A stretch of 64,000 nucleotides of DNA from Ostrea edulis (Eukaryota). Below, piece after piece: positions 24,301 through 39,444 of the stretch; the stretch's first letter is position 1; each line of letters begins with the position of its first letter. The stretch spans positions 72,292,001 through 72,356,000 of the forward strand of contig NC_079170.1 of the NCBI RefSeq assembly GCF_947568905.1, in the 5' to 3' direction. The position numbers and the translations under genes were made by a program. Below the pieces are notes generated by a model. That model was not told the origin of the DNA. It saw only the letters and a program-made list of their open reading frames with translations, and made no database searches.

Positions 24301-27300
24301 GTTAGTCTTTTAGAAATAATTAAAAAGAAACTCTCTTTTGTGGGCCGACCTTCTGTGTAATCGTAATGATGTCGATTTCTTTACACCAGTGATTAAGACT
24401 TCATCTGATATGACCGAGTTAATTCATCTTGAGGTATTAATGACGTTTTTCCTTGGTTGGAGAACAAAATCTTCAAATCGGACGGAATCGGACTTGGTCT
24501 AAATAAGATAAACATTTTTACCATTTAGTGTAGACCGAAAACAAAATAAAAACTTTCCCTTCCTATTGCTATGTCATTCATATCATACCCACTTCATTTT
24601 TTTTCCCAACAATCAACCATGATTTATTGTTCGGATCAAGGTTTAAATGTCAATATTATTTTTTTTATCATGATCTTAAACTGTGTGTAAATATCTAAAG
24701 GTCGGTCTCGAGCGTACCAGATGTTTCACAACCATTCACACACGAGGGACTCCAAAATTTACCAAACTGGAGAATGAATAAGCCCATCAATTTCATATAT
24801 CCCTTTCAACTGTCATTCGACAGAAAACACACTGATACTCTAAATCTTTTCTTTCAGTTTCATGTGTAACATAAAATCCCCACAATCGTTTGGGAAAAAT
24901 TATTATACATTTGGTTTGTATTGTGATAATGAACATTGATAGGAATCTTTAAGACATTATCATTTTAATTTTGAATATTCTTATGTAATGCCGCGCCATT
25001 CTTTGCAAACAAACTGAAGTGTACAGTCGTTATAGGAAGTCTAAAAGCTCCCGTGTCATAATGCCTGAAAACAAACATTTCAGAATTCTTTCGGGCACGA
25101 CATTCCAAGCGAGGCTGGAGTATCGCAGGTAGCAATGAAGGCAGGAAAAAGGCTACAATCTGTCTCTTCTTGTCATATTATTGAGCAACTATGACACCTC
25201 GTGTAGATAAACGTACACAAGACGTCGACATTATGAAATGTGCATGGATAGTTCCACACGTGGTTGTGCACCTATCTGATAAAGAACGACATTCCGTGAA
25301 TGTTCTTGACGAAAAATGAAGCAAATCACAAATATTTATAAAAAATGAATTATTTTTGACATTAGATATTTTAATTCTGATAAATATATCTTTATGTCAT
25401 TTGTAAAAGCGAAAGACAATTCAGTCGATTACGTTCAATTTTATAAATAGATTTTGTAAACATATTGTAACAGAAGACTATAACACTGCACAAAAAGATT
25501 TGTAAGATTTAAATGGACAATGAAAAGGAAGTGACAATGAATCTAGAACCTTCGCTTTTTTGTATTACTATTGCATAGCTATTTTTGTTTACTTGTTTAT
25601 TGGCTGTCGTCAATTCTATCGATATAGCAGACAATTAAGTTCAAAGATATCATATTTCTGTATCAAATTTTCTTCGTTTTGTGAAAAGAATGAATGAAAT
25701 ATAGATGAAAGAAACGACCATGCTATATAGATTTTTTCCCCTATGCAACCACATGCTTGGCATCATATGTTCTGACATTTTGTTCTTTAACTATCCCATC
25801 TTCTTGCGCATTTAACGACGAATAATCGTCATTGGGAAAGGATAAAAATGGACATACATTACATTTATCAATTAAAACCATTGTAATTAGCATCGATCTG
25901 AAGAATGGCAGTGGGAGTAATAAGGTATGGCTTGATTGTATTGAGCAGAAAGCTCTAACGATGTGTTACTCGTGTGTTTACCAACTAATAAATCTTACTG
26001 TGTGGATTTGTCCTCTCTCACTCGCTCTCTCTTTTCAATTTATTATGAATTGTTTCGGAGAACTTTATTCGATTATTTTTTTTATTACGAATTATTTCAC
26101 TGTTGATCCGCTAATGTAAAATTATTTATTATCGTTTTTCCCCCATTAATTTCTTAATCATCAATTCGCATTGTGTAAATCCGAAGGCATTTCAACCTAC
26201 AGATTTTTTTTTCATTGATCATTTCGCAAAGAGTCAACTTGACGCGTCGTTCTAGATCTTCACCGCTCCTCATACTTAGTCAGGAAGTACTGTCCCACCC
26301 TTACAATTTCTATTTTGAAAAAATAAGGGAAAAAAATACACAAAAAAATATACATCGCAACATTAGGGGGTTCCCAGAGACCAGGGGGCATGTTATGACG
26401 TCACACCACATGGCAACATTACTCACACATCCTTCATGTTGCCGGGTAACCGACAAAAACTCGATTGCTTCCAGTCTCTCGGTTTACCGAGTCCTGCGTC
26501 TTCAGTGATAATTTTCAGGAAATAATTGAACAAGCGAGGATTAACAGTTTAACGTCAATTTGAGAAGTAACAATCAATACCACAGGTACACCTGTGTGAT
26601 AACTGAGAAACGATTTACAGCATATCAATACAATTGATCCCGGGTTAATAAAAATGTTGACTTTTTGTGTCTGACTCGATAATCTTCCTTTCCATTCAGA
26701 ACAATGCCATCTATCTATTTTTTGACGTGTCCAAACAGACCAATCAGCTTCCGTAACAAGGGAGCTAATTTAGGATATCCGTTTTCTGTTTTTGGAATAT
26801 TTGCTTATCAATCAATAATTAATTAAGACCTTTTGACAGTCTTTGTTTTTTGAATGACCAGCGAAGCTATACATTCTTCATAACTTGAAACTGACACAGA
26901 ATTATGACGTCAAACTTTAACTGAAAATCAAATATAATACACACGATACGTGCCGGAGTGATGACCTAGGCCGAGAATGCTTTGAAAACGCATCATTTAC
27001 ATCTCTTGATTTTAGAAAAGTTAAATCGGGTGTATCGACCACACGGCTTAAAACAAAGCCAGTGACACGGCGACTGAAACTCGTAGGCCGATATTACCCT
27101 CATTGCTATGACTATTTTATAACTTCATCATAATACTAATGAAGGCCTTGTATTCGTTTGGTAATCACTGCTAGCGTAAAACATAACTTATGCATTTCAT
27201 GTGTTCTGTCGTATGTTCTGTAACGCTGTTGAATGCCATTAAATTGGTGTCGGGAGATTGCACTCCCCTGATAAGATAAACCTTCAGATTCGTCATAGAC

Positions 27301-27477
27301 TGTCGATCAGCCGTTTGGGAATTCCTTTTAAAGTTTTGTCTCATCCTCCCACACCGTTAAAGTCAAGGTCAAATATTCCAATTCACTTTAAGATTTTGAG
27401 AAATGTCTCTACCACGTGGGCAACTCTCAACAATCACTTTCAAAAACATACTCTTTGGTAAATGCATGTAATATAAA

Positions 27478-27616
27478 GTTATTGACTGGGATTGAGAACA
27501 ACAACTGTTTTGTTTGACCCGGGAACGGATCTATTGCCAGAAGTTGTAGGCGGAGGGCAACAGATCCGTTGGATGGTCAAACAAGACAGCTGTTGTCCGA
27601 GGATACAGTCTATAAC
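27478..27616. mobile_element. Long imperfect palindrome (about 61-bp arms, 17-nt loop), probably the core of a Crypton-like non-autonomous element
   Basis: Arm 27478-27538 is the reverse complement of 27556-27616 at roughly 80% identity (seen). The Crypton assignment is from memory of similar oyster repeats. Confidence 0.55.
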
Positions 27617-29940
27617 TGTTTTGTTATACACCTTCATTTCATAGGTTAATTAATTTTACTAGATGCACATGGTTTGTTGACTTTGAGCAAGGCAGTGACG
27701 TTGCATACATTTATCAACGTACCCGCTACAGTGTATTTTATAAGAAAAATACCCAATACCCTAATCAATGATTACATTTTTCATGCGTGTTATCTTATGA
27801 ATTCTGTATTTCATCATCAGTCAAATCAGTGAACCTCGTCATTACGTCATCAAAGCAGTTGACCGAAATTCACGTGACTTGCGTAACCAATGGAAATAAA
27901 GCAGACTACAACAGTTGCCCGGTCATCAGACCATGAGTGTGAGAGTTGATTTAACAGTTAAAATGTTGGTTCTGAATCGTATTAGTTTTATATAGGAAAA
28001 AAATTAGATATATAACAACACATTTTACACAATGGATCATAGGAGTCCTTTAATCTATGCCACTATGTAATTTCTATTTTTATCCTTGTACTTTGAAAAT
28101 AGTCTGTTTTGCCGAATTTTGATGGCAATTGTGTGTAGAACCACACAGGTATAAAACCAAACTATCCGCGAATCACTGGAGATGTCATTCAAAGAAAATG
28201 TTTCACATATATTGAAGACACAAGGGTATATTCATAAGGCGGTGTGTACTGACCGTCTCAAGTCAATGTATGTCAACTGTCCAGCTGGTGCTCTAAACGA
28301 TTAAGCCCCGTCACGAGCAGATTCGAACACCCCCAACCACCAGCACCACCACAACTATTGAGCGACAAGATTGTCAAAGCTTTGAAGGTAAAGTTTACAC
28401 TTAACAGGAGATGTCCTCCACATCCTCCAGAACTCGCTCAATCGTCTGAACAAAACAAATGTCTGCATTCCATTTGCGAGTACAGATTTTCATGAATATA
28501 AAACAGTAACGATTAAACAGTAACAATCACTGGTGTACTATTTGACCAGTAGGATCTAATACAGAATAGCGGGGGGCGGGGGATAGGTTTGAATAGATTG
28601 TCTTAGAACATGGAACGATTTCTAAAACAACATGGAAGCTGTCTCTTAACATGCACCTTGTAAATCATCTGAAGCAATACAAAGCAATTACACAAATGAA
28701 CGAATACAATCCGGGGGACGGCGATATCTTTATGGTGTCAATTTCAATAAAACTCCACACCAAAACATAAGTCATTATTACGTATGACTACCACTAAGGG
28801 AGGAAGTAAAGATATCGCGGGTAACCTTGACTCATTAATGTCCTTAGTACGGTTGTTCCGAGACGAAGTTATGAAACAATGACCAGTTTTTAAAAGTTTT
28901 AAATTAGAATCGATATAACTTTTAAAATGCATTGAGTAACTGAATGGGAGACATTTTTCGGTCTGTTGGGTCTATTTTCACGGGTAATGACTTGTCTCAG
29001 AAATATGCGAAGAACGACCTGATGAAATCCATTGATTGTTTATTGGTGGCGGCAAAGGAGGAATTTTTGAGGTGATTTCATTTTGTTTGAGAGGTTGAGT
29101 CAACGATACCTCTTAAATCATATACATACAATAATCTGCTGTTCGTCTGATGCGTGCGGGATCATTATTGTTCACAAGTACTCGGGGAAAAAGTTATCAT
29201 ATGATAAATTTTGTTGTTTTCTTCAATACAGGAAGCAACTTATCAACTCGGGTCTTGCACGACATAAAACACGGTCGTGATCACGGATATTTGTTTGGTA
29301 TAACTTCCTAACCTCATGAACGATTTTTAAACGAAATGCTCTAAATTCTTAATTCCTTTCAAATACGTAATATGTCCACAATCGATCAAAAAATTCATTG
29401 CCCATGTACTTGTAAAGAAAAGGATGTTGACTAACATACACATTCATCAGTTTCTAAGACAAAGGCACCCAGAAGAATTGATTTTCTCTCTCTTTTTGAC
29501 TGTTTTGATAAGGTTTTCATCTTTCTTAGTTAGATCATGTTCATTTTTAAGAACCCTACTCTCTGAAGTTGATGTATATTTAGAAACTGTATTTTAAATT
29601 TGGTCCTTGATAGTCGGTACAATAAAAAACGTTTTATTCTTCCTGATTTTGTGCGCCATTCGGTTATTCAAAGCTAATTATTACCAACCAATCAAAGAAA
29701 AGAAAGGAAAAAAAGAAAATGTGCATGTATTTCATTTGATTAGACGGTGTGAATGAGATAGTGATAAAAATTATTTGATCCGATACTAGATCTGTCTTGT
29801 ATCTCCGTTGTTTTGATATAGATAAGGGTTTTAATCATAAGTTAGGCAGTATATCAATCCTCAAATGTACCACGTGATCGATCATAATACGAGATAAATC
29901 ATCTGAAAAATATCGCTGTAAATGAACACAGTAAAAGAGT

Positions 29941-30219
29941 ATTGAGACGACATGAGCCATTGTCACATGAATTTAGAGCTATGCCTAGCGCTCAGGGACG
30001 TAGCAGTGAGGGTTCTTTAACGTGCCAACGCCTGCCGCGACACGGGTCCCACGTTTTTAAGGTTATATCCGAAAGACCCGCGATTCTCACTTCTAAATGC
30101 CGAGCGTTTGGCGAAAGAGCAATCACTACCTATGTTTGGGGCGGCCATGGCACGAGTGGGGCTCGAACTCACGACCTCCCGGTTACGAAGTGAATGCCCT
30201 ACACTGAGCTACTGCGACA
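29941..30219 (-). mobile_element. tRNA-derived SINE, family A subfamily
   Basis: On the minus strand: GCAGTAGCTCAGTGTAGGGCATTCACTTCGTAACCGGGAGGTCGTGAGTTCGAGCCCC head, AGGTAGTGATTGCTC..TCGCCAAACGCTCGGCA domain, CCCGTGTCGCGGCAGGCGTTGGCACG body. Confidence 0.85.
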
Positions 30220-30287
30220 GGTATATTTGTTTTATGATATATATAGATTATTTGTTTTACAATAATTATATGGATTTATAATATACG

Positions 30288-30760
30288 AGTATTTGTGTTA
30301 TAGTATATAAGTATTTGTGTTATAGTATATAAGTATTTGTGTTATAGTATTTAAGTATTTGTGTTAATGTTTATAAATATTTGTGATAATGTTTATAAGT
30401 GTTTGTATTTTAGTTTATGAGTATTTGTGTTATGATATATGAATATTTGTGTTATAATATATGAATAGTTGTGTTATAATATATGAATATTTGTGTTATA
30501 ATATATGAATATTTGTGTTATAATATATGAATATTTGTGTTATAATATATGAATATATGTGTTATAATATATGAATAGTTGTGTTATAATATATGAATAG
30601 TTGTGTTATAATATATGAATAGTTATGTTATAATATATGAATAGTTGTGTTATAATATATGAATAGTTGTGTTATAATATATGAATAGTTGTGTTATAAT
30701 ATATGAATAGTTGTGATATAATATATGAATATTTGTGGTATAATATATAAATATTTATTT
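30288..30760. repeat. AT-rich 22-bp minisatellite (TATAATATATGAATA(T/G)TTGTGT)n
   Basis: About 20 units; homogeneous core 30440-30740 with diverged flanking units. Confidence 0.92.
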
Positions 30761-33700
30761 TATAGTGTATGGAGTTTTGTTTATAATAGCAATATACACG
30801 TGGCTACTGTTCTAAACATTAAATTAGGGTACTCTGTACTTCTCAATAATTCTAGGTTATGAATATTCATTATAAACAGCATTTGATAAAAAAGTAAGTT
30901 TGAAATCTTATCACCATTAACGAAAACCCTCCCCTGCAATATACAAACATTTTAAAACTGTGTTTAGATAGAGAGAAAGTGAACATCTTTGCATGTACAC
31001 ATATATCTAAATTTATAAATAAGTTAATCTGTTTCTTTTATAAAATATCCAAACCAGTTTTAATTTTGAAATTAAAACTTTGAAACTAATCATCAAACAA
31101 GACGTCGCCTATGCGTTAATTCTGGTGACGTTGTAGTCTTCATTTTGAAATTTAAAAGAATCTTTATTATTCTGTAAAATCTATCCAATTTGAAAATAGG
31201 ATAAATTTCTTAATTGATTTTGACAAATCTTTGTTACTTTTTAATGGCTTTTCCACAACCATCAAAGAGACATTTAAATTTTTGAAATACCCAACGATAT
31301 CAACATGCAAGCATAATATGCGGTTTCAAAAAGTTAATTAGATAGACAGTTTTCTTTGCAAAATTGATAACTCTTATTTGTCAACTATATTTGAACAACC
31401 ATATTGCCTCCCAACACGCTTCTAAATCCCCTTTTTGAAAAGACATGGCACATAATCCAAAAAGCCATAGAGGGGTTTTGAATAGAGACATCTGATTCGC
31501 AGCATGATCGCGCTGTATTAGGTATGAATTATTAACAATATTAACAGTCTGATCACAGGTTCTAGGGAAGAAAACATTAATTAGGTCCGACAGAATCGAA
31601 CCACCAAGCTTATTTACGAAGTCATAATTCAAAAAAGACCCACCTACCCGTAAAGCTGGTTCGGCATTATAGCTAACAAAATAAATGGCTAATAATTTCT
31701 ATCGTAAAATTGTAATTATATCTTTCTTTCATACTTCTCGTCGGGAATTTCTCTCCAAAGCCATACACTTGGGATGAATCTTGTTAGCAAGCTTGCGGTC
31801 CACTTATTAAGGGACAAAGATTGAAGGTGTTAGAAAGAATTTGTATCGATGGAAGTACATTTATGAATAGCTGTAATTCGGGGTATCAGGTGTCAACTAA
31901 TATAACGTCATAAATTTACTCGGGTTGTTTGATAAAAATTGGACAGTCAGGAGTGAAATGGAAGTGCATGTGTGAGACCCTCTCTAATGATATATTTGAA
32001 GAATTTAGTCGAAGAAATTGTAATTGCATACTTTAATTCTAACTTGTGTCGCACATGCTATTTCATATTGAATAGTTTTTGAGCTATCATAACATTCATT
32101 CAAGACAGCTCCCAATTTATTATTCATCTGATACTTAAAATACTGAAGAAACAACTGCTAATTAACCTACCTTGTATAGTACCAAAATCTTTCAAAAGAG
32201 GCATTTTGATTCTGCGGTGTCTAAATTGATCTTCCTTCACTAGTTCATGCATATATACCTAACCCTGCTATCCTGTGGTCTATCAGGATTGATTCAAGAA
32301 AATATTCACGAAGAGTGGAGGATGAAATATGCTTTCTTTTGGAAAATTCCCTGAATTACCATTTTTCTTTCATTTTCCGGAACTTTCGTTTTGTCTTTGT
32401 TCATTTAATTAAAAAGGTGGGTCTCTTATAAAAAACAACAAATAGCTAATTTCTTTTTAAAAAGTAGCAATATTTTTCATGCAACCATCATTTTCGTTGG
32501 GGACAAGACATATTTTGTACATTTGACTTACAGATAAAGAGCGTAATTACTTCTCTATTGCACATTTCTTTTGAAACTAAAATAGGTATATAGGTCTATA
32601 GACCCGTGTTCTCTTTGATGTTTCGTATTACGGTTGTTGAACGTCTTTAACCGGCTCTCCTAAACAGATGCTGGGTCCGACAGGACGGCTATGCTAATTT
32701 GCACAAACCATAAGCCGATTTTCGCTCCCTAAAAGTTTACTATACCAGCGTGGACCACATTATTAACTATAGAAACACCATATATTTTGAATGAAACGTC
32801 CATCGTAGGAAGAAAACAAAGTTTTGATCACCTTTGTTACATATGGGTAGTTGTAGAATACCTGTCGCTACTCTTAACCGCAGAGACACGTGTTTCGAGG
32901 TTGCGTAAATCACATAATATAACGACATTTATCAAGGATCAAAACGTCCCATCCTTTGGTATTAACATGATAAACGTCCGCACGTCATGAAACCAGTGAT
33001 AAAATATAGAAAGTCCATTCATGTTAAATTTCACTTAAAGCGATGCCTCTTCACGGTTTTTTGAAAGTTTTTATTACAGAACAAAAGCTTCTGAAATCAA
33101 ATATTATCATCAAAGGTGTTTGAAATATAAGATAACTAGACTTAGTGGTGAAGGGAAACACATTTCGCTGAGTTACAAAGAACAGGCAGGTGATGTTAAT
33201 AGGTAGCCGAATATGATCTGCAATATATAGCTAATTTATTATAATTACTCCTTTGCAATATTTTTCATCTTTTGCGGCCCAGACAATCCCGTATGGTCTA
33301 CCATTGCCTGTGCCATTGCTCTATATGATCTATGATTAAATTGGTATTGTTTTGTGGTAGATACAGCTTGCTGCAATACACACATGTAAAGAAAATTATT
33401 GCATGTAAATCATAGGAGGATGTTGCATACAGAGCGATTTTGATCATTCAAAAAGTTTTTTTTCAAATCGAAACTTGGTGAATGCATCCCAGGACACCCC
33501 GAGTTTGACCTACATTACATACGGAGGTCTCTAAACAATGGCATCCGCCGAGGGATGACCCCAATAATTCATAATGCTGTCACTGACACCCATATATAAC
33601 ACATCTACCATCAACACTCCTAAGACCGACCACTTTATTTATGTAGATATAAGATTCCATCACAAAACAGTTTCAGATAATCCACGAAATATCCCATGTC

Positions 33701-33861
33701 TTAAATCAGAATTGATAAGAATCGGTGACAAAGACCCAATTTAAAGTTGGACATTAAACGGCTACCGCACAGTGTATCAAAGGCCAGGAGATCGCCGGCC
33801 CGGCCATTTTAGACATTAGCCTGACTGAATTTTAATCAGGTCCAGACGTCCAAATTAACCA

Positions 33862-33967
33862 TTAGTATAAATCTCTACTGTGGGAGTATTGTCCAGTGGT
33901 GTGGGGTCAAAGTTAGTATAAATCTCCACTGTGGGAGTATTGTCCAGTGGTGTGGGGTCAAAGTTAG
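33862..33967. repeat. 51-bp tandem duplication
   Basis: 33862-33912 and 33913-33963 differ by one base. Confidence 0.92.
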
Positions 33968-36900
33968 CGGTAAAGTAAGGAAACCTCACAGGGACCGAGG
34001 GTTTGTGGGAGTCACGTTTTCCTTCATTCTGAGTTATACGCGCGTTACATCCACGCAACAGTTGATTTAAAACAAATATGGATTTAGAGCACTTCTTTAC
34101 CAACTATTTCTGTGAGTGAATCTGTTTGCAAATTAGATTGAATACAGTGTAAAAAAAAATGGTGTTTAACGGTGACCGGGCATGTCGTTGATACATATAA
34201 CGACTAGAGAGAAATCGGCTTCTTCAACAAGCTAAAATCTAGTCTATCTGAGCTACGCGAGTCTACCTGCCTTTGATCAAATTACAAGAGGCATTTGAAA
34301 TTGTTCGAATAGCAGCAAGGTGTAAAAATTCTTGTACCTACTCGGCAGCGAAAACCGCATCAAGAGGCCCTCCCAGTGAAAGCTATTGTAGACACCATAA
34401 CCCGTGACAAAAGTCGGGCTCGTATATCTAATTACATCGCTTGTTTTTCTTTAATCTCGTTTTCGGGAGTACATGGGGGGCATCGAGGCAGGAGACTTGG
34501 GCCAACATACCAATTATGATTTATATCCCCTTTGTCGTGGTATGTATTCTTCATTGTTTGAGAGAGCAGACGATCACGCGACCTTGTGATTGACGGTAAA
34601 TTCATCCGCGAAGGACTATATATCTGAATGCGACTGTGAATGCGGGTTACAAAATGTCATTTCGTTGCTTCATCCGATATTCCTTAGACTTTTTCTGACA
34701 TCGGTTGAGAGCTCTTTATCTCATTTTAATGCTATGCAAAAAGCATGCCCTTTTGCAGTTTTTACACATGCTTTTAAGTGATAATCAAAACCGTTACGAC
34801 TCAAAGCATTTACATCTTTAATTATAAGGAAAAAAATATGATTTTGCCATCTAATGTATATCTCCATTGAAAACGTGTTTTAGATCTTATGCATCAATAA
34901 TGAAATATTTATTGGAATTCGCAGCAGTCATCCTTGTATTCATTGCTTTAGATGTTACAAAATCTAAAACGTTTTCCCCTTATCAAATAGGGATATGGTT
35001 AATTGGAAGTAGAGTACTCGTCTTCGCATATCCACAGTGAGGGGGATGTAAGCAATGTGAGTGTGATAATGTAGTTAAATGTTCACACTACATATATACA
35101 CAACTATAGCAAGGATACTTAACTATGATACCCTGGTCTTAAATAGCGATACATTCCTTTTATTTTTTCCAAAGGCTTTGAATCAAAGATTCGTATTTAA
35201 TAGTCACAAAATGGGCTTTGATCTTATCCATAAATCGCAAGACCAACTTAAGAAAAAACCATTTTTTTTGTTGTTGTCTTCTTTAAATTCTATGTTTAAA
35301 AATCGGTAAGCAGGCCCAGTTTTTTGAAAACAAATAATCGAAATAAAAGAAAATAGCATGGTTTTTTATTGCATTTGAGTCTGGAAAATTTAAACATCAT
35401 TCTGATTTTAGCCTAAGATAATTCAATTTCATGCAATATACACAGTATATCTTTTATCCATTTAAGTGGTGGATCCAAGGGTGGTTTGCAACCCCCATTT
35501 GGTTTTTACAAAGACCATTTGGGTTGCAATCTCCAGTGAAGAATGTCTGAATCAATTCTTTCATTTACAATTAATTTATATGCCTCTCTAATAGTCTTGA
35601 TACACAGAAACAGAACAAAAATGCTAAACCATAGTTCCATTTGATTTTATGTCGATGGTGCTCTTTTGCAAAATGAATGGGCGGTAGAATTGCAAAGAAA
35701 CGCGAAGTCAGAATAAGTCGGATTACAGACTAAAACATTTTTTTAATGAATGGGTGACATGAATAGTGACCCAAACTGAGCAAACGAAGGAATGTTGGTA
35801 ATCATGACCAGAAGTCATATAAAGCGGCGCTGTAACAATAATAAAACAAGATTAAAGTCAAGTCGGAGGAGATTTTCGTATTAGTGAAGATATGGGAAAG
35901 TTAACATTTAGTTTATTATCATAAGCTTTTATGATATATTTTTTTAATTTTGCTTAGACAGCGATACTCTAATACCGTGCTGCACTTTCTCTCGCCATTC
36001 TTTTATGATGCCCAAGGGTCCCTAATTACATATTTTCTTGAATGTTAATTCTATTACTGATATTAATTCGCAGAAGAATTCCAAGACCTTCAATTAGAGG
36101 AATGGTACCCCTGAAGCCTGACATAGTCTTCGAACGTTCCCTAAATAACACAAAATTTAATTTCATTCTCTCCGTATTATGAAAAAAAAAAGTCTTGCAT
36201 AACTCGTGTAAAAAAGAGTACATAAAAAGCCATCTCAGATATGCTTTTGATCTCTCACTTTTCTTTCTGTTCGATATTAAACATGAAAATTAAAAATACA
36301 AAGTATGACACTATCTAACCCAAGCCTGTTTTACAATTGTTTCCAGAATTAAACATTATGTGTTGATGACAAAGGAGAGTTATGCTTTTGCTGTGGGAAT
36401 TGGCCTCTGTCTGGGATCCACATTGTGTGTAAATACCGCTATGCGGAAATGATTCTAACTCCTTATCATGTCCGTCCATGCCGAAGGACATTCGCTATTA
36501 GGGATTTGCCAGGCACTGGGTTTTATTTCTGTTTCCACACGCGCAAAAAACATCGACAATATATGTTTGCAAGCTTTAATGGCAGTTAAATAATGTATGT
36601 ATTATCCAAAATGGTACAATAATTTATAAGCTCGCAGACGACACAAATGTTTGGCGATGACAAATTCCATGTGTTTTTATTGATAACCATTGTTATTCGT
36701 TTTTCCAAGAATCGTGTGATTAAAATATTTGAAATTATTAAAACCGTTACTTTCGTTGAACACTCTTTAACATTTTATGTCGGTAACTCTTGTAGAGTTT
36801 GCTGTAGTGCAATGATCCTTGCCTTGTTATGCATTGCCATGTAATCTTTGATGAGACATGCAAATCGTCTTCCAAACAAAATAATAATTAGGTTTTGGGG

Positions 36901-36968
36901 GACATACTGGATGGAAACTTCTTTAATCAGTATGGTCTTAACAAAATTGTTAAACTGAAAACGTTTCG

Positions 36969-37710
36969 ACGTGAGAAGTAACAATCTCTTGCTGTGGCCT
37001 TCAAATCGATATTTAGATATATCGACGACGTAATTATCTATGAACAATAATCATTTTCATTCATATGTCGATTCGATATATCCCTGTGAACTCCATATAA
37101 AAGACATCAGTCTTCCACGTCTGATTCGTATTTTATTGAAAATGCATATCAACGGCAAACTAACAACTCAACTGTATGACAAACGGGATGATTTAAGCTT
37201 CTCCATCGTTAGTTTCCAATATTTATGTACCAATATTCATTATCACCCGTGACCTGCATATGATGTTTATATCTCCCGATTGATTCGATACGCAAGAGCT
37301 TGTTCTGTGTATGATAAGTTTTTAAATCACGGCAGGCTACTGACAAACAAGTTGATGTTAAAGGGGTTTCAACAGTCTCGTTTAAATCAGCATTTCGTAA
37401 ATTCTATGGTCGTTACAACAATCTAGTTTGCCAATACAACCTATCATTGGGTCAAATTCTGTCTGACGTGTTTCATACCGATTGTTGGGCCGTTCCTGGC
37501 ACACTGATGTTAACTACGGATTACTCCATTTACCTGATCAAGACATAGGGTTCACGGCTGGTGTGACCGGTCGACAGGGAATGCTTACTTCTCGTAGGCA
37601 CCTGATTCCACCTCTGGTATGTCCAGGGGTCCGTGTTTGCTCAACTCTTTATTTTGTACTCTTGTAGGAGTTCTGAGATTGATGACTGTTCATTATCTTC
37701 ACCTTTTCAT
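36969..37710 (+). mobile_element. Penelope-like retroelement, 5'-truncated, with degraded RT C-terminal half
   Basis: Frameshifted SLAVAFKSIFRYIDDV (YIDD at 37018-37029), NNNHFHSYVDSIYP, GKLTTQLYDKRDD, LIRYARACS, KFYGRY, followed by the family 3' end ...tcttcaccttttcat. Confidence 0.85.
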
Positions 37711-38643
37711 GAATTTGTGACGAAGAGCATTTGATTTGTGTAACGTTGCCACGGGCGACTTGAGTCGAGTTTGTTAAGTATAGATTGATGCCACGACTAG
37801 TGTTCTGATCAGCTCGTTCCTTTGCTGTTTCCGGCGAATGAAACTGCGAGAAAGAGTGTGCTAAAGTGCGAGGTTGTTAAGGAGAATGCGCCAACACACG
37901 TTTGTCTTCACAACTTCACATTCTCGCCCCTTCCACCTCGCATGATGAAGTTTAGAGGGATACGCATCCAAGATATATGATTTAATTATTAAGTTCTTTC
38001 ATATTTTGGCAATACTAATACTGAAATAAGATTATTACTAGCTATAAGACAGTATTGGAATAAAGTAGGAAATTATTGCAGGAAGAGGATTTGTTCATGC
38101 ATAAATGAATGCATCCGCCTCACAGTCACATTTATATGGTAATGTATTTACTCTGTACATATTGTGACAGGTGATTCAATTTCAAAACAAGTGAACTTAG
38201 CAAAAAAAAAAAAATAAAAAAAATGGTAACGAGAAATTAAAATTTGCAGGTTTTGTATACGGATGTTCTTCACTGTTGTGGTAAGCTCATGTAAGGCCTA
38301 TCCTAGTGAAAAGAAAAACAGACTTCTTTTTTCTGGTTTCATGCATGTGAACTTAAGAACTTCCAAATGCGAATACGCAAAGGCGAAGGAGCGGTAGAAG
38401 TCTCGCGCCGTCACGGTCGTGTTTTCGCTCCTTCCCATGCAGCTTCGCAATTTTGCTTCGTCGTCATAGCTACTTCGCTCTCTTGAACCTTCGTAACTTC
38501 GCCCTATAAATGGGAAGGTTGTCTGTGAGTGGTTAGATCACGGTATATAACGGATCACCAACCAAACAGGGATATCCGAATTTCATCATTATATAACTAG
38601 AGAAAAAGTTTTTGTCACAATTCGATTGTACGTAAAATGCATA

Positions 38644-38843
38644 GAAAGGTGAATTTAATGAACAGTGATCAATCTCATAACTCCTATAAAGAATATAAAA
38701 TTAAGAGTAGGGCAAACACGGACCCCTGAACACACTAGAGGTGGGATCAGACAAACACGGACCCCTGGACACACCAGAGGTGGGATCAGGTGCCTATACA
38801 TGTATATAGGAGGATTAAGCATCCCCTGTCGACCGGTCACACA
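38644..38843 (-). mobile_element. Penelope-like 3' fragment (two 39-bp modules)
   Basis: Reverse complement of the family 3' end; modules start at 38714 and 38753. Confidence 0.82.
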
Positions 38844-39082
38844 CACCGTTTCAGAATATTAAAAAAAACAGTATATGGCGCGGACAAAAAACTTACAAAT
38901 ACATGTAGCTATATTGCAGCTTTAATACAATATCTAAAAATAATCATCTTCCTCTTTAGATACTCAAGCATACAGAATGACGCTTTTCAAGACACATACT
39001 TATATCCTATAACATATTTCGCTATGGTAAGTCGATGATGATTGTTTTGTTTAATGGCGTCCTTATCGTCTCTCTGGAAAGT

Positions 39083-39235
39083 AAACGGAGGTCCCGTGTC
39101 GCGACAGGCGTTGGAACGTTGAAGAGCGTCTACTGCTACGGCCATGAGCGCTAAGCATAGGTCTAAATTTGTGGTGCTTCACGTACATCGGGTGACGTTT
39201 CAATGAGTGAAAAGTAAATAAACAATCACTCAATC
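39083..39235 (+). mobile_element. SINE family A 3' fragment
   Basis: CGGAGGTCCCGTGTCGCGACAGGCGTTGG...AGCATAGGTCTAAATTTG...ATGAGTGAAA...CAATCACTCAATC. Confidence 0.78.
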
Positions 39236-39414
39236 CTTGGAAATTGGTATTAAGAAAAATGGCATACAATGTACTTCTTCAAATGAGAGTAAAAATGTAT
39301 TTCATATGAAAAATCTTTGGTCGTTCATATTCCATAAATATCCTTTTCAGGTATGAAAAAGAAACTTTAAAAAATTACAGAAATTGCTATGTAGATCCTC
39401 TTTACAAATTACAT

Positions 39415-39444
39415 ATCACTGTTCGTTATATCTTCACCTTTCAT
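39415..39444 (+). mobile_element. 30-bp terminal remnant of the Penelope-like family
   Basis: ATCACTGTTCGTTATATCTTCACCTTTCAT matches the family 3' terminus. Confidence 0.6.

Noticed and set aside
28255-28530. Pro/Thr-rich open frames with a GTAAAG donor
   Set aside because: No start or splice structure consistent with a gene (the putative intron is only about 20 nt) and no recognisable family.
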